Assembly: GCA_963674945.2 (NCBI GenBank)
Contig: CAXXWQ010000004.1
Span: forward strand, 2,656,001 to 2,720,000
DNA length: 64,000 nt
Origin: an uncultured Desulfosarcina sp.
GTDB taxonomy: Bacteria; Desulfobacterota; Desulfobacteria; Desulfobacterales; Desulfosarcinaceae
Direction of reading: 5' to 3'
Shown here piece after piece: positions 1 to 10,303 of the stretch (its first letter is position 1; each line of letters starts with the position of its first letter). Below the pieces are notes generated by a model. It saw only the letters and a program-made list of their open reading frames with translations. It made no database searches and had not been told where the DNA came from. The translations under genes were made by a program, and so were the position numbers.

Positions 1-2556
1 GGCGCCTGCCAGGGTGAGCAGGTCGGTTCTGATTTCAAGGACTTGCTGGAGAATGTGGTCCTTCACTTTGACCAGCAGTCCGTCATCTTCGGCAACGACC
101 TCCGGTTTTTCATCCAACGAATAACGGATAAAAATAACGCCGGCCGCCCGCGCCTCGCTGTAGATCGCCTCCCTTTGCCCATAGGTGCGGATGTCCCGGT
201 AAAGGATGAAGACATCCATGTCCGGATTCGCTTTTTTCAGTTCCAGGGCGCTCTTTACGGAATGGGTACAGCAGACCCTGGAACAATAGGCCCTTCCCTC
301 TTGCCGGGATCCCACGCACTGGATGAACACCGCCCGGTTCAGGGCCTTGAGAGTTTCTCTGTCCGCCATGAGCATGCGGTCCAGTTCCAGTCCGGTCTTG
401 ACCCTGGGGTCCTTGCCGTACAGGTATTCGTCGGGCCTGTATTCCCTGGCGCCGGTGGCCACTACGGCCACGCCGTGGGCGATATGCTCCTGCCCCTCCC
501 GGTTTTCGATGGAAGTATCGAAATTGCCAACGAAGCCTTTGACATCGGTTATTTTCGAGTCCAGGTGCACGACGATGTTGGGCTCGTCCGCCACTTCCCG
601 GATCATCGCCGCAAGATTGTCCTGGACGTCCTCGCCTTTCCAGGTCTTGTACAGATGTCTGGCCTGGCCTCCCAGCACCGGTGACTTTTCCAGAAGGTGG
701 GTTTCATGCCCCTGCCGGGCCAGGCTCAAGGCAGCGGACATGCCCGATATCCCGCCGCCGATGACCAGGGCCTTCTGGTCAATGCCCAACTCCTGTTCTT
801 CCAACGGCTCGCTGAAGGCGATGGCGGACACGGTCATGCGTACCAGATCCTTGGCCTTTTGGGTGGCCAGGTCCGGATCGTCCTTGTGTACCCAGGAGCA
901 GAGGTTGCGGATATTGACCATGCTGAACAGGTAGGGGTTGAGACCGGCGTTGACCAGGGTCTCCTTGAACAACGGATCGTGGGTCTTGGGGCTGCAGGAG
1001 GCCACGATGACCCGGTTCAGCATCTTTTCCTTGATGATATGGGTGATGTCTTCCTGGGTGTTTTGGGAGCAGGTGTAGAGGTTGTATTCGGAATACTCCA
1101 CAAAGGGCAGGGTGGCGGCATAGTCCGTGACCGCCGGTACATCCACCACGCCGGCGATGTTGCTGCCGCATTTGCAGACAAACACGCCGATCCTGGGTCG
1201 CTGTCCGAAGACACTCTTTTCCGGGACCCATTCCTTGACCCGGGTTTGGGAATGTCTGGCCGGGCTCAGAATCTCGCCGGCGGCCGCGCTGGCCGCGCTG
1301 GCATCCACGACCGAGGTGGGAATGTCCTTGGGGCCCTGAAAGGCGCCGCTCACAAAGATACCCTCCCGGGTGGTCGAAATGGGGCTGAACGAGGTGGTTT
1401 GGCAAAAGCCGTCCCCATTCAATTCAACGCCCAGTTTATCAGCCAGAGCCTTGGTCCTGGCGCTGACCTGGAGCCCCACGGACAGAACCACAATGTCGAA
1501 GACCTCGGTCTTTACCCGGCCGTCGTCGTCCAAAAAGCCCAGTTCGAGATCCCCGGTCTCATCAATCTGCCGGACGGTATGGACCCGGGAGCGGATGAAC
1601 CGGACGCCGTCTCTGTCCCTGGCGTCATTGTAACAGCGCTCGAAGTCCTTTCCATAGGTCCGCATGTCCATGTAAAAGATTGCGCAATCCAGGTCCTTGG
1701 AGGCATGTTCCTTGGCGATGATCGCTTCCTTGATGGCGTACATGCAGCAGACCGAGGAACAGTAGCCATGGGCGCTCCGGTTGATATCCCTGGAGCCGAT
1801 ACATTGCAGCCAGGCGATTTTTTTGGGTTCGGTCCGGTCGCTGGGCCGCATCAGATGGCCGAAGTAGGGTCCCGATGCGCTCAGGATCCGTTCGAACTCG
1901 GGACTGGTGACCACGTTCGGGTATTTGCCGTATCCCAGAAAATCCATTTCTCCGGGATCGAAGGCCTCGGTGCCGGGACACAAAATGATGGACCCGATCT
2001 CAAGGTCTTGTTCCACCGGCCGGTCATCGTACTTGATGGCCTTGGCCAGGCACATGTTCTCGCAGAGTCCGCAGCCGATACAGACGTCCTGATCGATGGC
2101 GAAGGAGAGCGGCACGGCCTGTGGATAGACGATGTAAATGGCCCTTCGATCCCGCATGTTCTGGTTGTAGGCGTCCACCGCGCTCACAGGACAGGTAGCC
2201 GCGCACTGGCCGCAGCCGGTACAGACATCGGGGTCTATGAAACGGGGCTTTGTCTTGACCTTGACCCGAAAGTCGCCCGCCTTTCCGTCGACCTGCGCGA
2301 TCTCGGTGTTGGTAAGGATGTCGATGTTCAGATGCCGCCCCACCTCGACCAGCTTGGGAGACATGATACACATGGCACAGTCGTTTGTGGGAAAGGTCTT
2401 GTCCAGCCAGGACATCATTCCCCCGATGGCCGGGGACTGCTCCACCATATAAACCCGAAAACCGGAATCGGCCAGGTCCAAAGCGGTCTGTATCCCGGTT
2501 ATCCCGCCGCCCACGACCATCACCGATCCTTGCATGTTTCCAGAAACGCTATTCAT
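1..2556 (-). CDS. hdrA: Heterodisulfide reductase subunit A-like flavoprotein (large HdrA), runs off the left edge
   Basis: Absent from the ORF track (no stop before the edge). Hand translation from ATG 2556 after AAGGAG: MNSVSGNMQGSVMVVGGGITGIQTALDLADSGFRVYMVEQSPAIGGMMSWLDKTFPTNDCAMCIMSPKLVEVGRH; paralogous to the HdrA at 3538-6567. Confidence 0.9.
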   Translation of the reverse strand, partial: MNSVSGNMQGSVMVVGGGITGIQTALDLADSGFRVYMVEQSPAIGGMMSWLDKTFPTNDCAMCIMSPKLVEVGRHLNIDILTNTEIAQVDGKAGDFRVKVKTKPRFIDPDVCTGCGQCAATCPVSAVDAYNQNMRDRRAIYIVYPQAVPLSFAIDQDVCIGCGLCENMCLAKAIKYDDRPVEQDLEIGSIILCPGTEAFDPGEMDFLGYGKYPNVVTSPEFERILSASGPYFGHLMRPSDRTEPKKIAWLQCIGSRDINRSAHGYCSSVCCMYAIKEAIIAKEHASKDLDCAIFYMDMRTYGKDFERCYNDARDRDGVRFIRSRVHTVRQIDETGDLELGFLDDDGRVKTEVFDIVVLSVGLQVSARTKALADKLGVELNGDGFCQTTSFSPISTTREGIFVSGAFQGPKDIPTSVVDASAASAAAGEILSPARHSQTRVKEWVPEKSVFGQRPRIGVFVCKCGSNIAGVVDVPAVTDYAATLPFVEYSEYNLYTCSQNTQEDITHIIKEKMLNRVIVASCSPKTHDPLFKETLVNAGLNPYLFSMVNIRNLCSWVHKDDPDLATQKAKDLVRMTVSAIAFSEPLEEQELGIDQKALVIGGGISGMSAALSLARQGHETHLLEKSPVLGGQARHLYKTWKGEDVQDNLAAMIREVADEPNIVVHLDSKITDVKGFVGNFDTSIENREGQEHIAHGVAVVATGAREYRPDEYLYGKDPRVKTGLELDRMLMADRETLKALNRAVFIQCVGSRQEGRAYCSRVCCTHSVKSALELKKANPDMDVFILYRDIRTYGQREAIYSEARAAGVIFIRYSLDEKPEVVAEDDGLLVKVKDHILQQVLEIRTDLLTLAGA

Positions 2557-2578
2557 ATCGAAGACTCCTTAAACACAA

Positions 2579-3328
2579 TCATAAGGTTATGAACGCGGCC
2601 CGGTTTTCAGAAAAACCTGTGAACTCCACCGTGCCGATTTTTTCCATATCCGCCAGCAGATAGGATATGGTGGTGAGCGCAAGACCGGTTTGTGCGCCGA
2701 TGTCCTGGACCGTTTTACAGCCCGTTTCAATGGCGGCGTAGATCAGGTTTTCCTGGTACTCCTGGTCCGCTGTCCGATCCAGCAAGGGCTCGTATTGCTC
2801 CGCCGTCCAGGGGCGATGGTACACATCGCCCTTTTCGACCAGATCTTTTTGAACGCCGACCATCCAGCGGATTTTCTCCCCGTCCAGGGTTCTGCGGACG
2901 GCCTTGAGGGGCAGCGCCAACCCTTCGCGGTCCAGGGGACCCAACTCCTTGATGGTCTCCACCAGCTGTGTGGTCACCTGGGCAAACCGCCGGCCCTCGG
3001 CCGCCGAGACCCAGGCCAGCCGAAGCCGACTGCCGCCGATGCCCGCGCGTTCCAGAAGGCTTCGGGTCAGGCGGATCTTGCTTTCCGCATGCACATTCCC
3101 GTCGATGTAATGGCACTCTCCGATATGGCAACCGGCGACCAGGACCCCGTCCGCACCCTGAATCAATGCATCCAGAATAAAAACCGGGTCCACCCGCCCG
3201 CTGCACATCACCCGGACCGGACGCAGATTAAGAGGGTACTGAAAACGGGATACGCCGGCCAGGTCCGCTCCGGCGTACGCGCACCAATTGCATAAAAAGG
3301 CGATAATCTTGGGTTCCATCTTTTGCAT
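2579..3328 (-). CDS. mvhD: MvhD/FlpD-like [2Fe-2S] hydrogenase delta subunit with C-terminal extension
   Basis: IIAFLCNWCAYAGADLAG, RVMCSGRVDP, GCHIGECHY, WVSAAEG motifs; AGGAG RBS. Confidence 0.9.
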   Translation of the reverse strand: MQKMEPKIIAFLCNWCAYAGADLAGVSRFQYPLNLRPVRVMCSGRVDPVFILDALIQGADGVLVAGCHIGECHYIDGNVHAESKIRLTRSLLERAGIGGSRLRLAWVSAAEGRRFAQVTTQLVETIKELGPLDREGLALPLKAVRRTLDGEKIRWMVGVQKDLVEKGDVYHRPWTAEQYEPLLDRTADQEYQENLIYAAIETGCKTVQDIGAQTGLALTTISYLLADMEKIGTVEFTGFSENRAAFITL

Positions 3329-3396
3329 GACCATACTCCTTTGCCAGGCGGTCTAACGCCTGTAGAAAAAATCATGGACCGTTCTCTGTTCGTGAG

Positions 3397-3536
3397 CGCC
3401 CGTTTGAAAAGGCAGGATCAGGCCCGATAACAAGGCGGAAAATGGCTCAAAAGCGGAGCATATATGGAATATGTGAGCATTTTGAGACACTTTCCAACGC
3501 CGGTAGCGAGCCTTAGACGGCCTTTTCCAACGGGCG
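3397..3536. repeat. Dispersed palindromic intergenic repeat (CAAGGCGG...CAACGC family), copy 1
   Basis: Terminal IR cgcccgtttgaaaaggc / gccttttccaacgggcg; core very similar to 10175-10297. Confidence 0.85.
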
Positions 3537-3537
3537 A

Positions 3538-6500
3538 TTAGAAGGCTGCGGCAATGGCATCTTCTATCTGTCCGGCCCTGAAGTGCAGCATGTCGATGGT
3601 CTTCTGGGGACAGGAGGCGGCGCAAACCCCGCAGCCCTTGCAGGAGGCGGCGATACGTTCCGGCCTGAGACCCAGGTCGACGACCGGCTCCATCTTGATC
3701 GCCCCGAAGGGACACACCCTGGCGCACAGTCCGCAGCCGATGCAGTTTTCAAGGTCGATTTGCGAGACCAGCGGAGAGACATGAACGGTGTCCTTGGACA
3801 ACACCGTGGCTGCCTTGGAGGCGGCGGCCTTGGCCTGGGAAATGGATTCTTCGATGGGCTTGGGATAATGGGCCAGCCCGCACAGGTACATCCCGTCCGA
3901 TGCGAATTCCACGGGCCTCAGCTTGGCATGGGCCTCCATCAGGAAGTTTTCGTCGTTCCGCTGCAATTTGAAGATGTTGATCAACCGGCTGTTGTCGTTG
4001 GGCACGATGGCGGTGGACAGGTTCAAAAGATCCACCTCCACATGGATTTGCCTTCGAAGGACAGGCTCGAAAACCGAGACGACCAGTTTGTCGCCCTCCT
4101 CTTTCACCTCGGGCTTGTGCGCCAGATCGTAGCGAATGAAGAGTACCCCCAATTTTCTGGCCTTTTGATAGAGCAGCTCCTTGAGTCCAGGGGTGCGGAT
4201 GTCACGATAAAAGATGTAGACGTTCTTGTCCGGATCCTTCTCCTTGATGTGAATGGCCTGGGAGATGGCGCTCGTACAGCAAATCTGGGAACAATAGGGC
4301 CTTTGGTCGTCCCTGGATCCGACGCACTGAATGAAGCCCACGGCCCTGGCCTGTTCGAGGTCCTGGGCCCGGTCTTCCAGCTCATGCCAACAGGTGACCC
4401 TGGGACTCTTGTGGTACAGATATTCATCGGTATCCGCGGCCACACCCCCGGTGGCAAAGATCGTCACGCCGTGTTTGATCTTGCGGGTTACATCCCCGCA
4501 CAAAACCGTCGTCTCGAAATTGCCCACGAAACCGGTGGATTCCTGGATCTGTGAATTGAGCAATAGATTGATGGCCCGGTGCTCGGTCACCTGTTTCTTG
4601 AGTTGGCCGAGATACGCCTGGACGTCCTGCCCCGACCAGGTGAGGCCGATCTGGTTTGCAGCGCCGCCCAGTGCCGCGGTATTTTCGATGAGGCTGACCG
4701 TATATCCCTGGTCCGCCAGGGTCAGGGCGGCATTCATCCCGGCAATACCGGCGCCGACGACCAGAGCCGATTTGTCGATCTGTACGGACAGATCCGGAAT
4801 CGGCTCCAACCCGGCCGCCTTGGCCACGGCCATGCGCACCATCTCTTTGCACTTTTCCGTTGCCTTTTCCTTGTCGCCGGAGTGGCACCAGGTGCATTGG
4901 TTGCGGATATTGGCCATTTCGAACAGGTATGGATTGAGCCCGGCTTCCTTGATGGTGTCCTGGAACAACGGTTCGTGGGTCCTGGGCGTGCAGGCGGCCA
5001 CCACCACCCGGTTCAGTCCCTTTTCCTTGATGGTATTTACGATTTTGTCCTGGGTATCCTGACTGCACGTGAAAGCATTGTCTTCCACGTACGCCACGTG
5101 AGGAAGGGTCCGGGCGAATTCCGCAATGTCCGGGACATTGGCGTACCCTCCGATGTTGGAGCCGCAATTGCAGACAAAAACGCCGATTTTGGCTTCATCC
5201 GCCAAGGGGCTTTCCGCGGGATAGGTCTTGGTCTTGATTTGGCTGCCCCTGGCCGGACTCAGCAAGGTCCCGGCATTGCAGGCCGCTGCGCCGGCCTCGA
5301 CCACGGACTGGGGGATATCCTTGCAGCCGTTGATCACCCCGGCGGAGTAAATGCCCGGAACGGAGGTGCTGACCGGATCGAGATCGTCCGTTTGCACGAA
5401 ATTGAAGCGATTCAGGGAGATTCCCATGCGCTGCGCCGTCTCCACCGCCGAATCGGCGGGCTCCATACCCACCGACAGCACCGCCAGATCGAAGGTTTCC
5501 TTGACGTTTTTTCCCTCTTCGGTGGTGTAGACGATTTCCAGTGTGCCGGAGTCGTCTTTTTCCGTGATGGTGTGCACCCGTGAACGCAGGAAACGAATTC
5601 CTTCCTGCTCTGCCCGGTAATAGGCCTTTTCGAACTCCTTGCCCGATGTGCGCAGATCCATATAAAAAATGGTTCCCGAAAAGTCCGATCCCAAATGGTC
5701 CTTGGCGATAATGGCTTCCTTGATCGCATACATGCAGCAGACGCCGGAGCAATATTCGTTGTCGCAGCAATTTACGTCCCTGGAACCGATACATTGCAGC
5801 CAGGCGATCCGACGGGCGGGTTTGTGGTCGGAAAGACGAATCACCTCACCGGTCGTGGGGCCACCGGCGGCCAGAATCCGTTCGAATTCGATGCTGGTGA
5901 CCACGTTCCGGTAGGCCGCGTGCTGATAGGGAGCAAGGCCCGACGGATCGAAGGTCTTCAAGCCCGCGCTGAAAATGATGGACCCCACATGTAGCCGTGT
6001 CTCCCGCGGCTTGTCATCGAAATTTATGGCGTCGGCGGGGCAGAATTTTTCACAGGCCCGGCACCGGCCCTTTTTGAAATAGAGACAGTTTTCCGCATCG
6101 ATCTGGTATTTCAGGGGCACCGTCTGGGGATAGAGAAGATAAGCGGCCTTTCTAACACCGAGGCCCTGTTCGTATTCGTTTATGACCTTGACCGGACATT
6201 TTTCCGCGCACAGCCCGCAGGCGATGCACTTGTCCGGATCCACATACCTGGGCCGGGTCCTGACCGTGACGGTGAAGTCGCCCGCCTCGCCCTCCACGCC
6301 TTCCACGGTGGACAAGGTGAGCAATTCGATATTTTCGTGCCTGCCCACCTCAACCAGTTTTGGTGAAAGGATGCACATGGAACAGTCATTGGTCGGAAAG
6401 GTCTTGTCCAGTTTGGCCATGGTCCCGCCGATGCCCGACTCCTTTTCCACCAGATATACAAAGTACCCGGAATCGGCGAGATCCAGCGCCGCCTGTATGC

Positions 6501-6567
6501 CCCCGATACCGGCGCCTATCACCAGCACCGCCCCACACGTGTTCAGGGCCTGCGTTTCGTTTTGCAT
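3538..6567 (-). CDS. hdrA: Heterodisulfide reductase subunit A-like flavoprotein (~1009 aa, two FAD modules, ferredoxin motifs)
   Basis: GAGIGG FAD motif, LDKTFPTNDCSMC, CIACGLCAEKCP, WLQCIGSRD, YCSGVCC, second GAGIAG module, C-terminal 2x[4Fe-4S]; RBS AAGGAG before ATG 6567. Confidence 0.93.
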   Translation of the reverse strand: MQNETQALNTCGAVLVIGAGIGGIQAALDLADSGYFVYLVEKESGIGGTMAKLDKTFPTNDCSMCILSPKLVEVGRHENIELLTLSTVEGVEGEAGDFTVTVRTRPRYVDPDKCIACGLCAEKCPVKVINEYEQGLGVRKAAYLLYPQTVPLKYQIDAENCLYFKKGRCRACEKFCPADAINFDDKPRETRLHVGSIIFSAGLKTFDPSGLAPYQHAAYRNVVTSIEFERILAAGGPTTGEVIRLSDHKPARRIAWLQCIGSRDVNCCDNEYCSGVCCMYAIKEAIIAKDHLGSDFSGTIFYMDLRTSGKEFEKAYYRAEQEGIRFLRSRVHTITEKDDSGTLEIVYTTEEGKNVKETFDLAVLSVGMEPADSAVETAQRMGISLNRFNFVQTDDLDPVSTSVPGIYSAGVINGCKDIPQSVVEAGAAACNAGTLLSPARGSQIKTKTYPAESPLADEAKIGVFVCNCGSNIGGYANVPDIAEFARTLPHVAYVEDNAFTCSQDTQDKIVNTIKEKGLNRVVVAACTPRTHEPLFQDTIKEAGLNPYLFEMANIRNQCTWCHSGDKEKATEKCKEMVRMAVAKAAGLEPIPDLSVQIDKSALVVGAGIAGMNAALTLADQGYTVSLIENTAALGGAANQIGLTWSGQDVQAYLGQLKKQVTEHRAINLLLNSQIQESTGFVGNFETTVLCGDVTRKIKHGVTIFATGGVAADTDEYLYHKSPRVTCWHELEDRAQDLEQARAVGFIQCVGSRDDQRPYCSQICCTSAISQAIHIKEKDPDKNVYIFYRDIRTPGLKELLYQKARKLGVLFIRYDLAHKPEVKEEGDKLVVSVFEPVLRRQIHVEVDLLNLSTAIVPNDNSRLINIFKLQRNDENFLMEAHAKLRPVEFASDGMYLCGLAHYPKPIEESISQAKAAASKAATVLSKDTVHVSPLVSQIDLENCIGCGLCARVCPFGAIKMEPVVDLGLRPERIAASCKGCGVCAASCPQKTIDMLHFRAGQIEDAIAAAF

Positions 6568-6589
6568 GTTGTCTCCTTTAGCCACCGGC

Positions 6590-7885
6590 TTAAAGCCCCA
6601 CGTTTTTGAGGTCATCTCCCAGGTATTGCCGTTCCTCTTCGCCCAGAATGCCGAGAGAGAGGCAGATCAGGGTCCACAGATGAACCGTATGGTAACCGCC
6701 TTCGTAATATTCATTTAAGTCCAGGATCTGGGAATGGCAGTTATGGCAGGGAGTGATGCAATAACCGGCACCGGTTGCCTTTATCTGATCGAATTTGACT
6801 CTGCCGAATTGTCTGCGCTGTTCGTTAAAAGGGGTCTGCAACGTTCCACCCCCGCCCCCGCAGCAGTAGTTGTTGGACCGGTTGGGGATCATATCGATAA
6901 AGTTCTCTTCCCCGACCACGGATTTGACCACAAACCGCAGGTCTTCGGCGACCGGGTCCCCGAAATTCTTTCGGATCAGCTGGCAGGGATCCTGTACGGT
7001 GAATTTGGCCTGGATATCCTTGTTCCAGTCTGAATTGACCGGCAGCTTACCCTGCTTGATCCATTCGGCATAGCAGGAAACGATGGGTTTTATCTCGAAG
7101 CTATGGGGGATCTGGTATCTTCGGATTCCCTCCACCATGGCAAAGATCTCGTGGCCGCACTCGTCGTTCAACCAGACCTTGCAGCCCAGTTCCTCCACTG
7201 TCTTGACCTTGTTTTTGACAACCTCTTCCCAGGCCTCTTCGTCGGCCAGAAACATGCAGTAGTTCTCACCGGCCCAGTGCTTGCTGCTATAGGTCCAATC
7301 CGCCCCGACCCGATGAAAAATCTTCCACAGAGGGATCATCTCTTCGGGTTCCAGTACGGGATTACGAGAATTGACAGCCAGGTAGTAGTATGCACCCTGC
7401 TTATCCATAGGAGCCTGCAAGTCTTTGAATTCGGGCTGATTCTCTCTTGTCTCGTCCAGAACGTCCTGCACCACGAACTTGAAATCATCTTCCGGCGTAC
7501 CCATGGCACTGCTGCTTTCATTCTTGAACGCCAGGTCGCAGGACAGTCGGATACCTTTCGGCCTTTTGTCTCTTGCCCAGCTTTTCCTGCAGGCGAGGAC
7601 CAACTCCGGGATATTGATACCCATGGGGCAAGCATACTGACAGCGCCTGCATTGGGTGCAGATCCAGACCCAGGGATGCTCTGTGAGTTCCTGATCCAGG
7701 CCCAGGGCCGCCATTCGCAGAAATTTTCTGGGGTCCATGTCCTCGATACCGGTCGCCGGGCAACCGGCCGAACATGCGCCGCAGGTCAGGCACATGTTCA
7801 GATTGCCGCCTTCAGGGAGGGCCTTTCTCACCGCATCCAAAAAAGTCGGCCTGGATGTAAGCGCTAACGTCAGATCAGCTTCCAT
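6590..7885 (-). CDS. HdrC/HdrD-like Fe-S oxidoreductase (4Fe-4S dicluster plus CCG domain)
   Basis: CLTCGACSAGCP, CTQCRRCQYACP, QDPC, YCCGGGGG, PCHNC. Confidence 0.85.
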   Translation of the reverse strand: MEADLTLALTSRPTFLDAVRKALPEGGNLNMCLTCGACSAGCPATGIEDMDPRKFLRMAALGLDQELTEHPWVWICTQCRRCQYACPMGINIPELVLACRKSWARDKRPKGIRLSCDLAFKNESSSAMGTPEDDFKFVVQDVLDETRENQPEFKDLQAPMDKQGAYYYLAVNSRNPVLEPEEMIPLWKIFHRVGADWTYSSKHWAGENYCMFLADEEAWEEVVKNKVKTVEELGCKVWLNDECGHEIFAMVEGIRRYQIPHSFEIKPIVSCYAEWIKQGKLPVNSDWNKDIQAKFTVQDPCQLIRKNFGDPVAEDLRFVVKSVVGEENFIDMIPNRSNNYCCGGGGGTLQTPFNEQRRQFGRVKFDQIKATGAGYCITPCHNCHSQILDLNEYYEGGYHTVHLWTLICLSLGILGEEERQYLGDDLKNVGL

Positions 7886-8596
7886 AACAACCTCTCAGTA
7901 ATTGGGGTTCCCTAATGGTTTATGTCGACCCGAAAAACCGAGCCGATCCAAAGAAAACGTATGAAGGTATGTCTTTCGGTTTCTTTTTCTCAGGAAGATC
8001 CAAAGAAATATCCACACACGAAAAATCCGGATCAGCGATTGAGATTTTTGCTTTCACGCACACAAAAATCCCGATTTCGTGACCAAGCTCAATTCTTTTT
8101 TGGTGGAGGCAAACGGGTAACGATTTACTGAAAAACTGAATGTCTCACCTGCCGACCACCTCGATCCGGACAGACAAACTGCTCCGTCACAAATCCTGAT
8201 TCACCAATGAAAGCGCATACATATCCATCTCAAAGAATGCGCAGCATGGAGCAGCGTGCGAATTCTGTCCGTAGCCGCTATTCTTTGAATGCGACATACC
8301 TGCAATTACAAAACTGAACGTCTACCGAATCCCGGGCAGACCTATTCAGTTTCTCAGGTAAAACCGATGAAATAAGGAACTCGTAAGGAAAAAAGGCAGG
8401 AATGACGAGGGGAAGACGTTGAACGTTTACATTGAATCTTCAGACCTGTCCGTTGGCGTGTCATTTGTAAAAAAGAAGCAATTGCCATTTTAAATTAAAA
8501 ATATACAACTATTCGGTAAGAATTAGTATTTTGGCAAGCTAAATATATAAATCAGTATCGGCTGTCAAGAAAAAAAGAAAGTTGTTCCCCGCAGGA

Positions 8597-9085
8597 TTAA
8601 AACCGATACCCGAATTCCGACATGACAAAACCGTTCGTCAATCCCTGCATGTTCGGCAGCCCCGTAACCGTCATGAATACGCCTGTATCCTGGCCCAACC
8701 GTACTTTGAGCAATGGACCGATTTTAATGCGTCTTTCGTCACTGCCATATTCCACACCTTTGTAGGTGCAGACCAAGCTGATGATTGGCGTGAACCATTT
8801 CCATTGTAAACGCTCATGGGAAATATCCGTAAAGATGCCATAGCTGCGCAGATGATATGAATCGACATAGGTACCTGCACCTGTATTGAAACGCCAGTTC
8901 TCTTTTTTCAACTCTCGAGAAATCGCAAGGTATTCGATATTGCCATCATTGGTTTCTTCTTGCGGGTCAAAATGATTGGTCCATCCGAAAAAATAAACAC
9001 TGTACCCCTCAAAATGCGAACACCCCCACATGGAATTGGCAATACAGAAAAGAACAATCCCCCGACACGACCAGGTCATCAACAT
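8597..9085 (-). CDS. Hypothetical exported protein, probable small outer-membrane beta-barrel (PagP-like)
   Basis: Signal-like N-terminus, alternating beta-strand pattern, YVDSYHLRSYG, C-terminal Phe; start uncertain. Confidence 0.5.
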   Translation of the reverse strand: MLMTWSCRGIVLFCIANSMWGCSHFEGYSVYFFGWTNHFDPQEETNDGNIEYLAISRELKKENWRFNTGAGTYVDSYHLRSYGIFTDISHERLQWKWFTPIISLVCTYKGVEYGSDERRIKIGPLLKVRLGQDTGVFMTVTGLPNMQGLTNGFVMSEFGYRF

Positions 9086-9152
9086 TCGCCGGGTAAGAAA
9101 ATGTTCGATCATTGTTCTTTTGTCTGCACCCGAAGAGGAAAGGCGCAACATT

Positions 9153-10142
9153 TCAATGAACTCCCACCACCTGTGGCCAGAGGTAATAAAAGCCAGGCGC
9201 CAGAGCCAGCCAGTCGCCGATGAACCCCATCTTCACCAGTGCGACCGGGTCGGCATCCTGGCCGCTGGAAAGGGTGTTATACAAATTGTCATCGGCATAC
9301 TCGGTCCGGCGATAGATCACCACCTTTGCATCGGTGTCCAGGCGGGCGATGGCCTTGGCCTCGTCGATGGCATCGGAAAGGTAGCCGATCTTGTCAACCA
9401 GCCCTGCGGCAAGAGCCTTGTCGGCCGGAAAGATTCTTGCGTCGGCTACCAATGCCATTTGCTCATCGCTCAGGCTCCGTTGCTTTTGGACCAGTCCGGT
9501 GAATCGACGGGCCAAACCATCGATCATCTCCTGCAGAATTTCCTCCTCTTCTGGCGTGGCGGAACGAAAAGGGGAGCCCATGTCCTTGTTCTCACCCGAC
9601 TTGTTGACCTGAACGGCAACCCCGATCTTTTCCATTAACCCGGAAACCTGAGGCCTCATAAGAATTACGCCGATGGCACCGGTGATGGTGGTCGGATGGG
9701 CCATGATGACGTCGGCCGACAGGGAGATGTAATAGCCTCCGGAAGTCGCCATGTTCATCATACATACCGCAACCTTCTTTCCGGTACGCTGTTTGAAGGA
9801 AATGATTTCATGGTAGAGAATATCACTGGCCGTGATCGTACCGCCGGGGGAATTAATCTTAAGAAGTACTGCTTTTACATGGTCGTCCTTTTCCGCCTTC
9901 TGCAGATGGGACACCACCTCCTGCACAACGGAGGGCATGGTTCGCATGAACTGGCCCTTGGGTTCATCATTGATGACCCCGGAGATTGGGATGACCAGCA
10001 CCTTTTGCTTGCCCGTACCGGACAACGTTATCTCCTGAAGCGGATCGGCAGCATCGGAAAACAATTTGATTGTCGGACCGGCACAGCCAATCATTCCCAT
10101 GACAAAAAAAAGAAGCAATAAGTTCCTTACAATTCTTTTCAT
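9153..10142 (-). CDS. sppA: Signal peptide peptidase SppA (peptidase S49), lipoprotein
   Basis: LKINSPGG, ATSGGYY, TITGAIGV, KSGENKD motifs; lipobox MIGC. Confidence 0.9.
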   Translation of the reverse strand: MKRIVRNLLLLFFVMGMIGCAGPTIKLFSDAADPLQEITLSGTGKQKVLVIPISGVINDEPKGQFMRTMPSVVQEVVSHLQKAEKDDHVKAVLLKINSPGGTITASDILYHEIISFKQRTGKKVAVCMMNMATSGGYYISLSADVIMAHPTTITGAIGVILMRPQVSGLMEKIGVAVQVNKSGENKDMGSPFRSATPEEEEILQEMIDGLARRFTGLVQKQRSLSDEQMALVADARIFPADKALAAGLVDKIGYLSDAIDEAKAIARLDTDAKVVIYRRTEYADDNLYNTLSSGQDADPVALVKMGFIGDWLALAPGFYYLWPQVVGVH

Positions 10143-10174
10143 GTATTCTTCCTCCATATCATGGCAGTCGTTCA

Positions 10175-10297
10175 AAAAGCCTCGGATTCAGGTTCGATAA
10201 CAAGGCGGAAAAGGCCTCGAAAGCGGAGCATACACGTAGTATATGAGCATTTTGAGACCTTTTCCAACGCCGTTAGCGGGCCTTAGACGAGGCTTTT
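10175..10297. repeat. Dispersed palindromic intergenic repeat, copy 2
   Basis: IR aaaagcctcg / cgaggctttt; shared core gataacaaggcggaaa...agcggagcata...tgagcattttgagac...tttccaacgccg. Confidence 0.85.
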
Positions 10298-10303
10298 ACG
10301 TTC

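Noticed and set aside
43..2592. Long plus-strand ORFs (631 aa, 213 aa, etc.)
   Set aside because: Antisense shadows of the minus-strand hdrA; the same applies to the many shadow ORFs over other GC-rich genes
1..7885. Possible selenocysteine codons in the Hdr-cluster proteins
   Set aside because: The frames are open with Cys codons at the candidate sites (TNDC, VAAC, NDECGH); no in-frame UGA seen
8101..8125. tggtggag resembling the tRNA 3' end (possible attL)
   Set aside because: Only 8 nt match the tRNA-Ala end, and it lies in core-gene context
7886..8596. Long intergenic region upstream of the Hdr cluster as riboswitch or ncRNA
   Set aside because: No recognisable riboswitch consensus or convincing structure
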